From Gemmatimonadota bacterium (lineage in GTDB: Bacteria; Gemmatimonadota; Gemmatimonadetes; JACCXV01; JAHWKZ01): a stretch of 64,000 bases of DNA. The notes beneath the pieces are model-generated. The model was not told the DNA's origin. It did not search any database and worked only from the letters and a program-made list of their open reading frames with translations. The stretch lies in NCBI GenBank assembly GCA_035513155.1, contig DATKCO010000021.1, forward strand, positions 3,559 through 67,558, in the 5' to 3' direction. Position 1 is the first letter of the stretch. The number at the start of each line of letters is the position of its first letter. Shown one piece after another: positions 28,821-39,428 of this stretch. A program made the translations under genes and the position numbers.

Positions 28821-31019
28821 TCAGCGGTTGCTCCGGCCGCCGCGGTCGCGCCCGCCGCCGCCACGCCGCTGGCCGCCGGCCCCCGACCTCTCGGTCTCGC
28901 GAGGCTCCGGGGCCACGTACCCCTCGGGCTTCTCCAGCAACGCCTTGCGGCTGAGCTTCACGCGACCCTGGTTGTCGATTCCGATGAGCTTCACCCGCAT
29001 GATGTCGCCTTCCTGGGCCACGTCCTCGACCTTCTCCACGCGGCGATACTCGAGCTCGGAGATGTGCACGAGACCGTCCCGCCCGGGCAGGATCTCGACG
29101 AACGCGCCGAAGGCCGTGATGCTCTTGACCGGGCCCTCGTAGACCCTCCCGATCTCCGGCTCCTCGATGATCGCCTCGATCCGCCGCAGCGCCTCCTCGC
29201 CGGCCGCTCCGTCGATCGACGCGATCGTGACCACGCCCTCGTCGTTGATGTCGATCTTGGCGCCGGTATCCTCCTGCAGGCCGCGGATCACCTTGCCGCC
29301 GCTGCCGATGATGTCCCGGATCTTCTTCTTGGGGACGGTGATCGACAGGATGCGCGGCGCCCAGCGGCTGAGGGACTTGCGCGGCTCGGCGAGGGCCTCG
29401 TCCATCACGTCCAGGATGTGCAGGCGGCCCGCCCGCGCCTCGTTGATGGCCTTCTCTAGCACCTCGAACGGGACGCCCTGGATCTTGATGTCCATCTGGA
29501 ATCCCGTGATCCCGTCACGGGTGCCCGCCACCTTGAAGTCCATGTCTCCGAGGAAGTCTTCGACGCCCAGGATGTCCGACAGCACGACGATATCGTCCCC
29601 CTCCTTTACCAGGCCCATCGCGATGCCCGCGCACGCCTTGCGGAGCGGGACCGACGCGTCCATCAGCGCCAGCGAGCCCGAGCAGACCGAGGCCATGGAC
29701 GAGGAGCCGTTGGACTCCAGGATGTCCGAGACGACCCGGATGGTGTACGGGAACTCCTCGTGCGGCGGGAGCAGACCCTGCAGCGAGCGCTCGGCCAGGG
29801 CCCCGTGCCCGATCTCCCGGCGCCCGGTGAAGAAGCGCCCCACCTCCCCCACCGAGTAGGGGGGAAAGTTGTAATGGAGCATGAACGTCTTGTCCCACTT
29901 CGGATCCAGGTCGTCGATCATCTGCTGGTCCTGCTTGGTGCCCAGCGTGACCGTGCCCAGCGACTGGGTGCTGCCGCGCGTGAACAGCGCGGACCCGTGG
30001 GTGCGTGGCAGGACGCCGATTTCGATCGTGATCGGGCGGATCTCCTGTGGACCACGACCGTCCGCGCGCTCGCCGTCCTCCACGATCCGCTTGCGCATGA
30101 CCGACTTCTCGGTCTCCTTGAGCGTGCTCTTGACGATGCCGGCCTTCGCGCCGAACCCGTCCTCCAGCTCGCGCTCGAAGTCCGCGGCGATCTCGTCCCG
30201 GATCGAATCCATCGCGCGATTCCGCTCCTGCTTGTCCGCGATCCGCATCGCTTCCCGGACTCGCGGCTCCGCCGCTTCCCGCACGCGCCGCTCGAGAGCT
30301 TCGTCCTTCTCCGGGGCCTGCCACTCCATCACCGGCTTGCCGACCTCGCGCTTGAGCTCCTCGATCACGCCGCAGATCTCGGCGACCGCCTTCTGGCCGG
30401 CCTCCATCGCGCCCAGGAGCATCGATTCGGACACCTCGTCGCCCGCGCCCTCGACCATCACCGTGGAAGAGCCGGAACCGGCGATCACGAGGTCCAGCGG
30501 GCTCTCGTCGAGCTGATCGAACGAAGGGTTGATGACGTACTCGCCGTCCACCATTCCGACCCGGACGCCCGCCACCGGCCCGTCGAACGGTAGGCCGCTG
30601 ATCGCCAGGGCCGCGCTGCATCCCACGATCCCCAGCACGTCGGGGTCGTAGGTGGCGTCGTAGGAGAGGACGTTGCAGACGAGCTGGGTCTCGTGCATGA
30701 AGCCGTCGGGGAACATGGGGCGGCAGGGGCGGTCGATCAGGCGGGCGGAGAGGGTCTCCTTCTCCCCCGGTCGTCCTTCCCGCTTGAAGAATCCCCCGGG
30801 GATCTTCCCCGCCGAGTACATCTGCTCCCGGTACTCGACGAACAGCGGGAACCATCCCTTCGAGTAATCCGCCTTGGGGCTCGCGGTCGCGGTGCACAGC
30901 ACGATCGTCTCGCCGTACTTCACGGTGACGGAGCCGTTGGCCAGCCGCGCCATCTTGCCGGTCTCGATGACGAGCTCTTCGCCACCGACCTGGATCGATT
31001 TTCTCGTGATCGTGGACAT
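28821..31019 (-). CDS. pnp: Polyribonucleotide nucleotidyltransferase (PNPase)
   Basis: The start MSTITRKSIQVGGEEL was confirmed (cat at 31017..31019) with a GGGAGAGAAGG ribosome-binding site. Two RNase PH domains, KH and S1 are present, plus a Gly/Arg-rich C-terminal tail. Confidence 0.95.
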   Translation of the reverse strand: MSTITRKSIQVGGEELVIETGKMARLANGSVTVKYGETIVLCTATASPKADYSKGWFPLFVEYREQMYSAGKIPGGFFKREGRPGEKETLSARLIDRPCRPMFPDGFMHETQLVCNVLSYDATYDPDVLGIVGCSAALAISGLPFDGPVAGVRVGMVDGEYVINPSFDQLDESPLDLVIAGSGSSTVMVEGAGDEVSESMLLGAMEAGQKAVAEICGVIEELKREVGKPVMEWQAPEKDEALERRVREAAEPRVREAMRIADKQERNRAMDSIRDEIAADFERELEDGFGAKAGIVKSTLKETEKSVMRKRIVEDGERADGRGPQEIRPITIEIGVLPRTHGSALFTRGSTQSLGTVTLGTKQDQQMIDDLDPKWDKTFMLHYNFPPYSVGEVGRFFTGRREIGHGALAERSLQGLLPPHEEFPYTIRVVSDILESNGSSSMASVCSGSLALMDASVPLRKACAGIAMGLVKEGDDIVVLSDILGVEDFLGDMDFKVAGTRDGITGFQMDIKIQGVPFEVLEKAINEARAGRLHILDVMDEALAEPRKSLSRWAPRILSITVPKKKIRDIIGSGGKVIRGLQEDTGAKIDINDEGVVTIASIDGAAGEEALRRIEAIIEEPEIGRVYEGPVKSITAFGAFVEILPGRDGLVHISELEYRRVEKVEDVAQEGDIMRVKLIGIDNQGRVKLSRKALLEKPEGYVAPEPRETERSGAGGQRRGGGGRDRGGRSNR

Positions 31020-31276
31020 TCGCCTTCTCTCCCTGAGGTGGGGCCGGCCGGAAGCCGGCACCGTTGCGTAGAATGGAGCGGAACCCTCGGGAGAGGTGGA
31101 AGGGCGGGCGACCGGTATTCGTGCGTAAGATATTCGAGGCACGCAGCGCGTGCCGCGGACATCTCACGCCGAAGGAGCCACCCGGATCCACCGGGTTCCC
31201 GGAAGGGTCCGTCCGGGGTGAAACCCGCGCCGCGATCCGACGGGAACTCACCGCGCGCCGAGCGCGCGGAGTCCGC
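31020..31276 (-). promoter_or_regulatory. Structured rpsO-pnp intercistronic leader, 257 nt, with several GC hairpins including ccgcgcgc-cgag-gcgcgcgg just after the rpsO stop and ggcacgc-agc-gcgtgcc. It is the likely site of rpsO termination and the RNase III / PNPase autoregulatory leader.
   Basis: The inverted repeats were read directly. The analogy to the E. coli rpsO-pnp leader is established knowledge; function here is inferred. Confidence 0.45.
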
Positions 31277-31546
31277 TTACCTGCGGAGGCCCAGCTCCTC
31301 GAGGATGCGACGGTATTCGTCGACGTCCTTGCGCTTCAGATAGTCCAGCAGACGGCGGCGGCGTCCCACCATCTTCAGCAAGCCGCGCCGACTGTGATGG
31401 TCCTTCGCGTGGGTGCGGAAGTGCTCGGTGAGGTCGTTGATGCGCCGCGTGAGCAGGGCGATCTGGACCCGCGCCGAGCCGGTGTCGCCCTCGCTCGTCT
31501 GGAACTGCTCGATGACCTGCGTCTTTTCCGTCGTGCCGAGACTCAT
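31277..31546 (-). CDS. rpsO: 30S ribosomal protein S15
   Basis: 89 aa from [16 protein letters not shown], ending with the [25 protein letters not shown]-terminus. Confidence 0.93.
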   Translation of the reverse strand: MSLGTTEKTQVIEQFQTSEGDTGSARVQIALLTRRINDLTEHFRTHAKDHHSRRGLLKMVGRRRRLLDYLKRKDVDEYRRILEELGLRR

Positions 31547-31626
31547 TGGCGCCTTGTCGTCAGTGGTCCATGAAGGCATGGGCATGAATCCGGATACAGT
31601 CGGATAAACTAGCTTCCACAGGCCGG

Positions 31627-32565
31627 TTAGACCACCCCACCCTCGACCGGCCGGGGGCGGGCCAGGGCCGCGCGCGCCGCCTCGCGATCCCGCTCGAGCT
31701 GGGCGACCAGCTGGTCCCGGCCGTCAAACCGGACCACCGGCCGGAGCCGCGCCACGAACTCGACCTGGGGCCGGGCTCCGTAGAGCGACTCCCCGTCCCA
31801 GTCGAGCAGGTGAGCCTCCAGACCGCGCCGCTCCTCGCCGAAGGTCGGCCGCCCCCCCAGATTCGCCATCCCGTCGTACAGGGCGCCCTCGAGCTCGACC
31901 CGCACCGCGTAGACCCCGTCGGGCGGCAGGCACTTCCGGGCGTCGAGCCGGAGGTTGGCGGTCGGAAAGCCGAGCTCCCGGCCGCGCCCCGCTCCCCGCT
32001 CGGCGCGGCCGAGTGCGGCGTAGGGCCGACCCAGTGCCGCCGCGGCCCGCTCGAGCTCGCCACCCTCGACGGCGCGCCGAACGCCGCTGCTCGAGACCGG
32101 ATCCGGGCCCATCTGCACCGGCCCCACGACGTCGACCGCGAACCCGAGATCCTTCCCCAGCCGCCGCAGCACGTCGACGTCTCCCGCGCGGTCCTTGCCG
32201 AACCCGTGGTCGTAGCCGATGACGAGCTCACCCACCCGCAGGCGCCCGACCAGGATCTCCCGGACGAACGCCTCGGGGGACATCTGGCGCACCGCCTCGG
32301 TGAACCGCACCACGTGGACGTAGTCGAGCCCGAAGAGCGGCCAGAGCAGCCGTTTCTCGTCGGCGGTCGTCAGCAGGGTGGGCGCGCGATCCGGCGCCAC
32401 GACCTCGAGCGGATGCGGATCGAACGTGACCAGGACCGCCGCCCGGTCTGCGGCGCGAGCCCGCCGCACGATCTCGGCGAGCACCGCCTGGTGCCCGCGG
32501 TGGATGCCGTCGAAGGTCCCCACCGTGATCGTCGTCCGGCGCGAGCCGAGGAGCTGGACCGTCAC
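31627..32565 (-). CDS. ribF: Bifunctional riboflavin kinase / FAD synthetase
   Basis: The GTG start ([21 protein letters not shown]) forms a GTGA overlap with the truB stop at 32562. The HxGH-like nucleotidyltransferase motif and the C-terminal riboflavin kinase region ([12 protein letters not shown]) are present. Confidence 0.9.
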   Translation of the reverse strand: MTVQLLGSRRTTITVGTFDGIHRGHQAVLAEIVRRARAADRAAVLVTFDPHPLEVVAPDRAPTLLTTADEKRLLWPLFGLDYVHVVRFTEAVRQMSPEAFVREILVGRLRVGELVIGYDHGFGKDRAGDVDVLRRLGKDLGFAVDVVGPVQMGPDPVSSSGVRRAVEGGELERAAAALGRPYAALGRAERGAGRGRELGFPTANLRLDARKCLPPDGVYAVRVELEGALYDGMANLGGRPTFGEERRGLEAHLLDWDGESLYGARPQVEFVARLRPVVRFDGRDQLVAQLERDREAARAALARPRPVEGGVV

Positions 32566-33470
32566 GCGGCGTCCTCCGCGTCCTCGCCGGCCGGGAACAG
32601 CACGCGCCGCGGCTGGAGCCGGACGCCGCCGTCGGGGTCCAGGCTCGCCTCGGCCATCCCCACGAAGCCCCGCGGCCCGTGGACGCGGACCCACCCGGCG
32701 CGCACCCCGGCGTCGGCCGAGAGCCGGACCTCCATGCCCTGCGCGAACGCGTGCCGTGCGGCGTCGTCGAGCTCCGCATCCGGGAGGTCCGCCACCGCAC
32801 GCCAGGCGGGGAGCAGCGCGGCGCGGGTCGCATCCGGATCGGCGATGTCGTCCCACCCCAGGGCGTCCTCGACCCGGAAGGGGCCCGACGCCAGGCGCCG
32901 CAGGGACGCGCAGTGGCCCCCCGTTTCGAGCCCCAGGCCGATGTCGCGGGCCAGCGATCGGATGTAGGTCCCCGGCCCGCACCGCACCGTGACCTCGAGC
33001 TCCGGCCACTCGTACCGCTCGATCTCGATCGCGTCGATCCGGACCGAGACGGCTTCGAGCGTCACCGCCTCGCCCCGGCGAGCCAGCGCGTAGGCCCGCT
33101 CCCCCGCCACGTGCTTGGCGGAGTACGCCGGCGGGACCTGCAGCACGTCGCCCAGCCATGCCGCGCACGCGCGCTCGACCGCGGCGCGGTCGGGTGGCGC
33201 CACTCCCGCGACGGCCTCGATGGCTCCCGCCGAGTCGTCCGTGTCGCTGCGCTCGCCCAGCCGCACGGTCGCGCGATAGGTCTTCCCATGGCCGGTGGTG
33301 AACGGCGCCAGGCGGGTCGAAGGCCCGACCCCGAGGACGAGGAGCCCGCTGGCGAACGGATCGAGGGTCCCGAAATGCCCCACCCGCCGCGTCCCCAGCG
33401 CGCGCCGCGCCCGGTCCACCGCATCGTGGCTCGTCGGGCCGACCGGCTTGTCGATCGCCAGGACGCTCAT
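32562..33470 (-). CDS. truB: tRNA pseudouridine(55) synthase
   Basis: Motifs: LAIDKPVGPTSHD, GHFGTLDPFASGLLVLGVG (the catalytic Asp region). Confidence 0.93.
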   Translation of the reverse strand: MSVLAIDKPVGPTSHDAVDRARRALGTRRVGHFGTLDPFASGLLVLGVGPSTRLAPFTTGHGKTYRATVRLGERSDTDDSAGAIEAVAGVAPPDRAAVERACAAWLGDVLQVPPAYSAKHVAGERAYALARRGEAVTLEAVSVRIDAIEIERYEWPELEVTVRCGPGTYIRSLARDIGLGLETGGHCASLRRLASGPFRVEDALGWDDIADPDATRAALLPAWRAVADLPDAELDDAARHAFAQGMEVRLSADAGVRAGWVRVHGPRGFVGMAEASLDPDGGVRLQPRRVLFPAGEDAEDAA

Positions 33471-33832
33471 TCCTCCGCGTCCTCGTCGGGCAGGTCCAGG
33501 TCGTCCAGGATCTCCTCGATGCGCGCGGCGCGCTCGAGCGTGCGGTCGAGCTCGAAGTGGAGCTCGGGCAGGTACTTGAGCGTGATTTCCTCACCGACTC
33601 GCGCGCGCACGAAGCCGCGCGCCTTGCCGAGGGCCGCCAGCGCGGCCTGCTTCTCCGCTTCCTCTCCCAGGATGCTCACGTAGACGCGCGCGTGCCTCAG
33701 GTCGGGGCTCGTGCGCACGTCCATCACCGTGGCGAACCCGACCCGGGGATCCTTCAGATCGCGCATCACGCGCGCGATCTCCTGCTTCAGAAGCTCATCG
33801 ACACGAATGGTTCGGCGGGAGCGGCGGGACAT
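33467..33832 (-). CDS. rbfA: Ribosome-binding factor A
   Basis: Motifs: RVDELLKQEIARVM and ATVMDVRTSPDLRHARVYVSILG, with an acidic C-terminus. Confidence 0.92.
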   Translation of the reverse strand: MSRRSRRTIRVDELLKQEIARVMRDLKDPRVGFATVMDVRTSPDLRHARVYVSILGEEAEKQAALAALGKARGFVRARVGEEITLKYLPELHFELDRTLERAARIEEILDDLDLPDEDAEE

Positions 33833-33841
33833 CTCAGGCGA

Positions 33842-34126
33842 TCAGAGGATGTCGGTCTCGTCGGAGATCACGCGCAGCTCGGGCTCCCGGTCGAGCATCC
33901 CGCGGACTCCCTCGAGCGTCCGTTCGACCGATCGCCGTTCGCCCGCCACCGCGGCGACCGCCAGTTCGCAGCGCTGCCACTTGTCCTGATAGCCGGTCTC
34001 CGAGACCGCCACGTTGAACGCGCGCGCGATGCGGTCCTTCACGCTCCGCAGGACGAACCGCTTCTCCTTGAGCGACTGCACGTTCTGGATGTGGATGTCG
34101 AAGATGGAGTACCCCACGAACGCCAT
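33842..34126 (-). CDS. DUF503 (YlxP-like) protein; the conserved infB-rbfA linker gene
   Basis: 94 aa starting MAFVGYSIFDIHIQNVQSLKEKR, in the conserved position between infB and rbfA. Confidence 0.75.
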   Translation of the reverse strand: MAFVGYSIFDIHIQNVQSLKEKRFVLRSVKDRIARAFNVAVSETGYQDKWQRCELAVAAVAGERRSVERTLEGVRGMLDREPELRVISDETDIL

Positions 34127-34326
34127 CAGGACCTCGGCGGCTGAAGACGCCTCGGCGCGCCGTCGGGGACGAAAATTCCCGGCTCCTCAAGAGACCGCGG
34201 CGGCCGAGGGGCGTCAAAACGGTTCAGATGCAAGGCGCGCAACGAGGGGATTCCGAGGCGCACTGCAAGGTGCGCCGCAGGAAAGCACGAGGAGCGCAAC
34301 GCAGCAGATGGACCGTTTTCACGCGC

Positions 34327-36597
34327 CTAGGCGAGAGTCCGCTGGATCTCCTCGATCTTGTACGCCTCGATCACATCCCCCACCTTCACGTCGTTGAACC
34401 CCTCGACGTTGATCCCGCACTCGTATCCCTCGCGGACCTCGCGCACGTCGTCCTTGAAGCGCTTCAGCGACCCGATGACGCCCTCGTACACCTCGACCCC
34501 GTCGCGCACCACCCGCACCCGCGCGGAGCGCGGGATCGTGCCGTCGGAGACGAAACAGCCCGCGACCGTCCCGATCTTCGGGATCTTGAAGGTCTCCCGG
34601 ACCTCGGCCGCGCCGAGGACGACCTCCCGCTCTTCGGGCGCCAGCAGACCCTCCATCGCGTTCCGGACGTCGTCCACGACCTCGTAGATCACCCGGTAGA
34701 CGCGGATGTCCACGCCTTCGCGCTCGGCCGCGGCCCGGGCACGGGCGTCCGGCCGGACGTGGAAGCCGATGATGATCGCCGTCGAGGCGGCCGCCAGCAG
34801 GACGTCGTTCTCGGTGATCGCGCCCACACCGCGATGGATGACGTCGACCTTGACCTCTTCGGTCGAGAGCTTGGTGAGCTCGTCGGCCAGGGCCTCGACG
34901 GAACCTCCCACGTCGCCCTTCAGGATCACGTTCAGGCGCTCGACCTCGCCGGCCTGGACGTGCGCATAGAGCTCCTCCAGCGTGGTCGGCTCCTTGGTCC
35001 GGCGGAAGCCCTGCTCGCGCTGCAGCCGCTGGCGGCGCTGCGCGATGTCGCGGACCTCCCGCTCGTCGGTCAGCACGGCGAAGCTGTCGCCCGCCTCCGG
35101 CACGCCACCGAAGCCCAGCGCGCGCACCGGCTGCGACGGCCCCGCCTCCTGGACGTTGTTGCCGCGCTCGTCGAGGAGCGCCCGCACGCGGCCGTCGTGA
35201 AGCCCGCAGATGAAGGCGTCGCCGATCTTGACCGTGCCGGCCGTGACCAGGACGGTCGCCACCGGGCCCATGCCCTTGTCGAGCTCGGACTCGATGACCA
35301 CGCCACGCGCGGCGCGATCCGGGTTCGCCCTGAGATCGAGCATGTCCGCCTGCAGCATCACTTTCTCGAGCAGGTCCTGGACGCCGGTTCCGTCCTTCGC
35401 GCTGACCTCCGTGCTGAGGACATCGCCACCGAACTCCTCGATCACGACCTTGTGCTGCATCAGCTCCTGCTTGACGCGATCGGGCCGGGCGTCGGGCAGG
35501 TCGATCTTGTTCACCGCGACGACGATCGGAACACCCGCCGCCCGCGCGTGGTCGATCGCCTCCACCGTCTGGGGCATCACGCCGTCGTCGGCCGCCACCA
35601 CCAGGATCACGATGTCGGTGGCCTGAGCCCCGCGCGCGCGCATGGCCGTGAACGCCTGATGGCCGGGCGTGTCGAGGAACGTCACCGACCGCTCGTCGTC
35701 GAGCTCCACCTCGTACGCGCCGATATGCTGGGTGATCCCTCCCGACTCGCCGGCGATCACGTTGGTCTGGCGGATGAAGTCGAGCAACGACGTCTTCCCG
35801 TGGTCGACGTGGCCCATCACGGTCACCACCGGCGGGCGGGGAACGAGGTTCTCCTCGGCGACCTCTTCCTCCTCGGGCTCCTCCAGCACGAACGCGTCCT
35901 GCCGCTGCGCGGCGAAGCCGAACTCCTCGCAGATCAGGCTGATCGTGTCGAAGTCGAGGCGCTGGTTGACCGTGACCATCAGGCCCAGGTCCATGCAGGT
36001 CTGGATGATCTTGGTCGCGGGAACGTCGATGAGATCGGCCAGCTCACCCACCGAGACGAACTCCGTCACCCGGATCAGGTTCTCCGGCTCGGCGATCTCG
36101 ATCGGCTCTTCGGAATCCTCCCTCCGCACGCGCTTGCGGCGACGGGGAGTCTTCCCCTCCATCTTGGCCAGCGTCTTGCGGATGTTGGCCTCGACCGCGG
36201 CCTGGTCGACCTTGCGCCGCCGCCGGCGCCGGCGCTTGCGACTGGCCGGACGTCCGTCCGAGTCGCCTTCGGCTTCGGCCTCAGTCCCGGGGGCGGCACC
36301 GGTCTTCTCCGGAGCTGCCGCCGCGACGGTCTCCGCCTCGCTCGCGGCCTTCGCCTTCGCCTTCTCCGCGCGCCGCGCCCGCTTGCCGTCTTCGAGCTTC
36401 TTCTTCCTCTCCTCTTCGGCGTGCTTTACGGCTTCCTTCTCCTCGTCGAACTTGCCCCGCACGCGCTCGACGGTCTCCTCGTCGATCGACGACATGTGGT
36501 TCTTCACCGCGATGTCCATCTCCCGCAGGAGATTGACCATCGCCTCGCTCGACACGTCGAACTGCCGTGCCACCTCGTATACGCGGATCTTCGCCAC
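34327..36597 (-). CDS. infB: Translation initiation factor IF-2
   Basis: The GTG start at 36595..36597 ([13 protein letters not shown]) overlaps the ylxQ stop. A charged low-complexity N-terminal region is followed by the G domain ([21 protein letters not shown]) and a C-terminal beta-barrel. Confidence 0.93.
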   Translation of the reverse strand: MAKIRVYEVARQFDVSSEAMVNLLREMDIAVKNHMSSIDEETVERVRGKFDEEKEAVKHAEEERKKKLEDGKRARRAEKAKAKAASEAETVAAAAPEKTGAAPGTEAEAEGDSDGRPASRKRRRRRRRKVDQAAVEANIRKTLAKMEGKTPRRRKRVRREDSEEPIEIAEPENLIRVTEFVSVGELADLIDVPATKIIQTCMDLGLMVTVNQRLDFDTISLICEEFGFAAQRQDAFVLEEPEEEEVAEENLVPRPPVVTVMGHVDHGKTSLLDFIRQTNVIAGESGGITQHIGAYEVELDDERSVTFLDTPGHQAFTAMRARGAQATDIVILVVAADDGVMPQTVEAIDHARAAGVPIVVAVNKIDLPDARPDRVKQELMQHKVVIEEFGGDVLSTEVSAKDGTGVQDLLEKVMLQADMLDLRANPDRAARGVVIESELDKGMGPVATVLVTAGTVKIGDAFICGLHDGRVRALLDERGNNVQEAGPSQPVRALGFGGVPEAGDSFAVLTDEREVRDIAQRRQRLQREQGFRRTKEPTTLEELYAHVQAGEVERLNVILKGDVGGSVEALADELTKLSTEEVKVDVIHRGVGAITENDVLLAAASTAIIIGFHVRPDARARAAAEREGVDIRVYRVIYEVVDDVRNAMEGLLAPEEREVVLGAAEVRETFKIPKIGTVAGCFVSDGTIPRSARVRVVRDGVEVYEGVIGSLKRFKDDVREVREGYECGINVEGFNDVKVGDVIEAYKIEEIQRTLA

Positions 36598-36890
36598 TAT
36601 TTCTGCTCCCCTCCTTGCCGTTCTCTCTCGATCTCCGTCGCGGTCGCCACGATCTGCGACACCCCGGCGGCGATGTTCGGGTCCGTCACCGACAGCACCG
36701 CCACGGCGGGCTTTCCGGCGAGATCCCCCAGCTCGTCCTTCGTCCAACCTCGATAGATCGCCACTCCCGAGGAGCGCCAGCGATCGTGGAGCGCCCGACT
36801 ACGCCGCTCCGCGAGATCATCGGCGATCCACACCGCCCGGGCGCGGCCTTCTCGCACCGCCTCGCGGGTCAACGCGATCCCGATTACCAT
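36597..36890 (-). CDS. ylxQ: Ribosomal protein L7Ae-family protein (YlxQ-like) between nusA and infB
   Basis: 97 aa with MVIGIALTREAVREGRARAVWIADD and GWTKDELGDLAGKPAVAVLSVTD, which resembles the L7Ae fold. No YlxR/DUF448 gene was detected in the interval. Confidence 0.65.
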   Translation of the reverse strand: MVIGIALTREAVREGRARAVWIADDLAERRSRALHDRWRSSGVAIYRGWTKDELGDLAGKPAVAVLSVTDPNIAAGVSQIVATATEIERERQGGEQK

Positions 36891-36957
36891 CCGTCCGGCC
36901 TTTCGCGCCAGCCGGAGGAGTCCCGCAACTCGCGGCTTCAGCGGGTCGGAGACCCGC

Positions 36958-38931
36958 TCAGCTCTCGGCTCGCCGGCCTTCGTCGTCCGCTCCGTCGTCG
37001 TCGCCCTCGTCCGCCGGCACCTCCTGCGCGATCACCGGCTTCTCTTCGGCCTCGGCCTGGATCTCCGGATCGTCCCCGGCCTCCTCGTCGTCATCGTCCT
37101 CGTCGATCTCGACTTCCTCGGCTACCGGCTCGGCCATCGTGGCGTCGATCTCGGCCGCCGCTTCGATCTCTCCGCTCTCTTCGGCCCCCCCGGCTCCAGC
37201 CTCCTCGGATATGACGTACTCGCCGGTCTCCTCGTCCCACTCCTCGTCGACCTCGACGGTGAGCTCGTCGATCATCCGCATCAGCACGTCGACCGTCTCG
37301 GCGTCGATGTCGGCCACGGATGCCAGGTCCTCGCGCTCGAGGTTGATGATATCCTCGAAGGTGCCGTACCCGGCGGCCGTCAGCGCCGCCACCGCTTCGG
37401 GGGTCACGCCCGGAACCTCGCTCAGCGGGAAATCCTCGCCTCCCGCCCCTGCCTCCGCCACCGCCCGGGCGGCCTCGGTCGGCTCGGGCTTGCGGCCGAA
37501 GAGGATCTCCTCCTCCTTCGCCAGATACTCCTGCTTGCTCACCAGGTCGATCTTGTATCCAGTCAGCTTCGAGGCGAGCCGGACGTTCTGGCCCGAGCGC
37601 CCGATGGCCAGCGACAGCTGGTCCTCGGCGCAGACCACGGTGGCCCGCTTCTCGGCGGGCCGCTCGGCCGTCTCCTCGGTCTCCGACTCGGGCTCGGCCC
37701 CGGACCCGGGCTCGGTCTCGGGCTCGTCGACGGGCTCGGACACACCGGCCTCCGCGACCGGTGTCTCCGCCGCCGCCGCGGCTGCGGCCCGGGACTCCTC
37801 GGCCGCCTCTTCCTTCCGCGCCTCGCGCCGCGCACGCGCGGCCTTCGACGCCTCGAGCGCGGCGGCGGTCTCTTCGGGGCTCGCAGGCTGGAACGGAGCC
37901 GGCGCGGCGGTCGGGCCCCGGAACCTCGGCTTCGTCTGGGCCTGGAACGGCGAGCCGCGCAGCTCGGAGAACAGGCCGCCGTCGTCCATCCCCTCGCGCT
38001 CGTGCAGGATGATCTTGTACACGTCTGCCGGGGAAAGCGACTGCGCGATGAACTGACGCGGGTCGTCCGTCCACGGGACGATGTCGATGCGCTCGCCGCC
38101 CAGCTCGCTGACCACCGCCTGGACGCGGCTTCCCTTCAGGCCCACGCACGCTCCCACCGGGTCCACGTGCTGGTCGCGCGACCAAACGGCGATCTTGGAA
38201 CGGCTGCCGGGCTCGCGCGCGATGGCACGGATCTCGACGATGCCCTGGAAGACCTCCGGCACCTCGAGCGCGAACAGGGCCTTCACGAAATCGGGATGCG
38301 TCCGGCTCAGGATGAGCTGGGGGCCCTTCGTCGACTCCTTGATGTCGAGGAGCAAGGCCCGCACGGTCTCGCCCTGGCGCAGGTACTCGCGCCGGACCTG
38401 CTCACGGGCCGGCATGATCGCCTCGGTCCGCCGATCGAGGAACACGAGCGCGTTGCCTCGATCCACCTGCTGGACGGTGCCCGAGACGAGCTCGCCCACG
38501 CGGTCCTCGTACTCCTCGCGGATGCGGTTCCGCTCCTCTTCCCGGACCTTCTGGATGATCATCTGCTTGGCCGCCTGGATCGCGTTGCGGCCGAACTTGC
38601 GGAAATCGAGCGGGATCTCGGCGATCTGACCGGGCTGCGGCTCGCCGTCACCCCAAGGCTCGTTGACGTACGGCAGCGCCTTGGCCTCTTCCACCGTCAT
38701 CTGCCGGGACGGGTCCTCCAGCTGTTCCTCGTCCTCGACGACTTCCTTCAGCAGATAGATGCTGATTTCGCCGCTCGCCGGATCGACGAGGATGTCGGCG
38801 TTCGCTTCCGCGCCGTGATTGCGGCGCACCGCGGCCAGCATGCCGGCCTTGACCAGCTCGATGACCTCGCTCTTGTCGATCGCCTTCTCTCGTGTGAGCT
38901 GACCGAAGGCGTCAATGATTTCCATCGCCAT
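36958..38931 (-). CDS. nusA: Transcription termination/antitermination factor NusA. It is unusually long at 657 aa: a low-complexity insertion of about 115 aa (roughly aa 314-430) sits in the KH region, and a single AR/HhH module is followed by a highly acidic C-terminal tail.
   Basis: It has the NusA N-terminal domain, the S1 domain ([17 protein letters not shown]), KH1 ([17 protein letters not shown]), an Ala/Glu/Pro-rich insertion, KH2 ([26 protein letters not shown]), one acidic-repeat domain, and the terminal sequence [14 protein letters not shown]. Confidence 0.9.
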   Translation of the reverse strand: [657 protein letters not shown]

Positions 38932-38963
38932 AACCGTCGCGACTCCTGTGTCCTATCGTTTCT

Positions 38964-39428
38964 CTACCATTTCACGTGGAGCCTGGCGCGCGCGATCTCG
39001 TCTTCGGCGAACGACCAGCGCTCCTCTCCCTCCCGGACCGAGATCCGGAAGCCCCCCTCTCCATCCTCCACCCGTTCGAGCGTTCCCAGGTACTTCTTCC
39101 GCCCCTCGCGCTTCGCATAGAGTCGGACCTCGATCTCGTGCCCGACAAAGCGCTCGTAATGGGCCCGCCGCGTCAGCGGCCGGTCGATCCCGGGGCTGGA
39201 CACCTCCAGGACGTACCGCTCGGGAACCGCACCCGTGCGCTCGAGCTCGGACTCCAGCAGTCGGGAGATCCGGGCGCACTCGTCGAGGGTGATCCCCTCT
39301 ACCGTGTCCACGTAGGCACGCACGACCGGCCGGCCGTGCGATCCGGCGACCTCCAGGTCGACCAGCTCGGCGCCCGCCTGCTCGACGATCGGCTCGAGAA
39401 CGTCGATCAGACGGCTGGGGTCGGGCAT
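38964..39428 (-). CDS. rimP: Ribosome maturation factor RimP
   Basis: Start MPDPSRLIDVLEPIVEQAG (ATG confirmed, with a GGGAG ribosome-binding site). Also EVSSPGIDRPLTR. The track prefix is artefact. Confidence 0.88.
   Translation of the reverse strand: MPDPSRLIDVLEPIVEQAGAELVDLEVAGSHGRPVVRAYVDTVEGITLDECARISRLLESELERTGAVPERYVLEVSSPGIDRPLTRRAHYERFVGHEIEVRLYAKREGRKKYLGTLERVEDGEGGFRISVREGEERWSFAEDEIARARLHVKW

Noticed and set aside
28793-28864. An N-terminal extension MAAAGATAAAGATADRSSSSTEDS on alanine dehydrogenase. Similar Arg/Gly-rich extensions appear on murA, prfA, RimP, IspG, UvrB, DUF4159, RpsO, RelA and Rho in the track.
   Set aside because: These extensions arise because the ORF finder uses the first in-frame ATG/GTG/TTG. 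The conserved N-termini ([10 protein letters not shown] for ald, MEQLVVVGG for mur[11 protein letters not shown] for prfA, and so on) begin at internal Mets. Several have good ribosome-binding sites or ATGA/GTGA junctions.
34127-34326. A 200-nt infB-DUF503 spacer with a GGCGCAC-tgcaag-GTGCGCC hairpin; considered as a terminator or small RNA such as SRP.
   Set aside because: The hairpin has no adjacent U-tract, since the T-run is more than 25 nt away. No 4.5S/SRP or other known ncRNA motifs were seen. It is probably an mRNA processing or attenuation structure within the operon. It remains unverified, so I did not list it as a feature.
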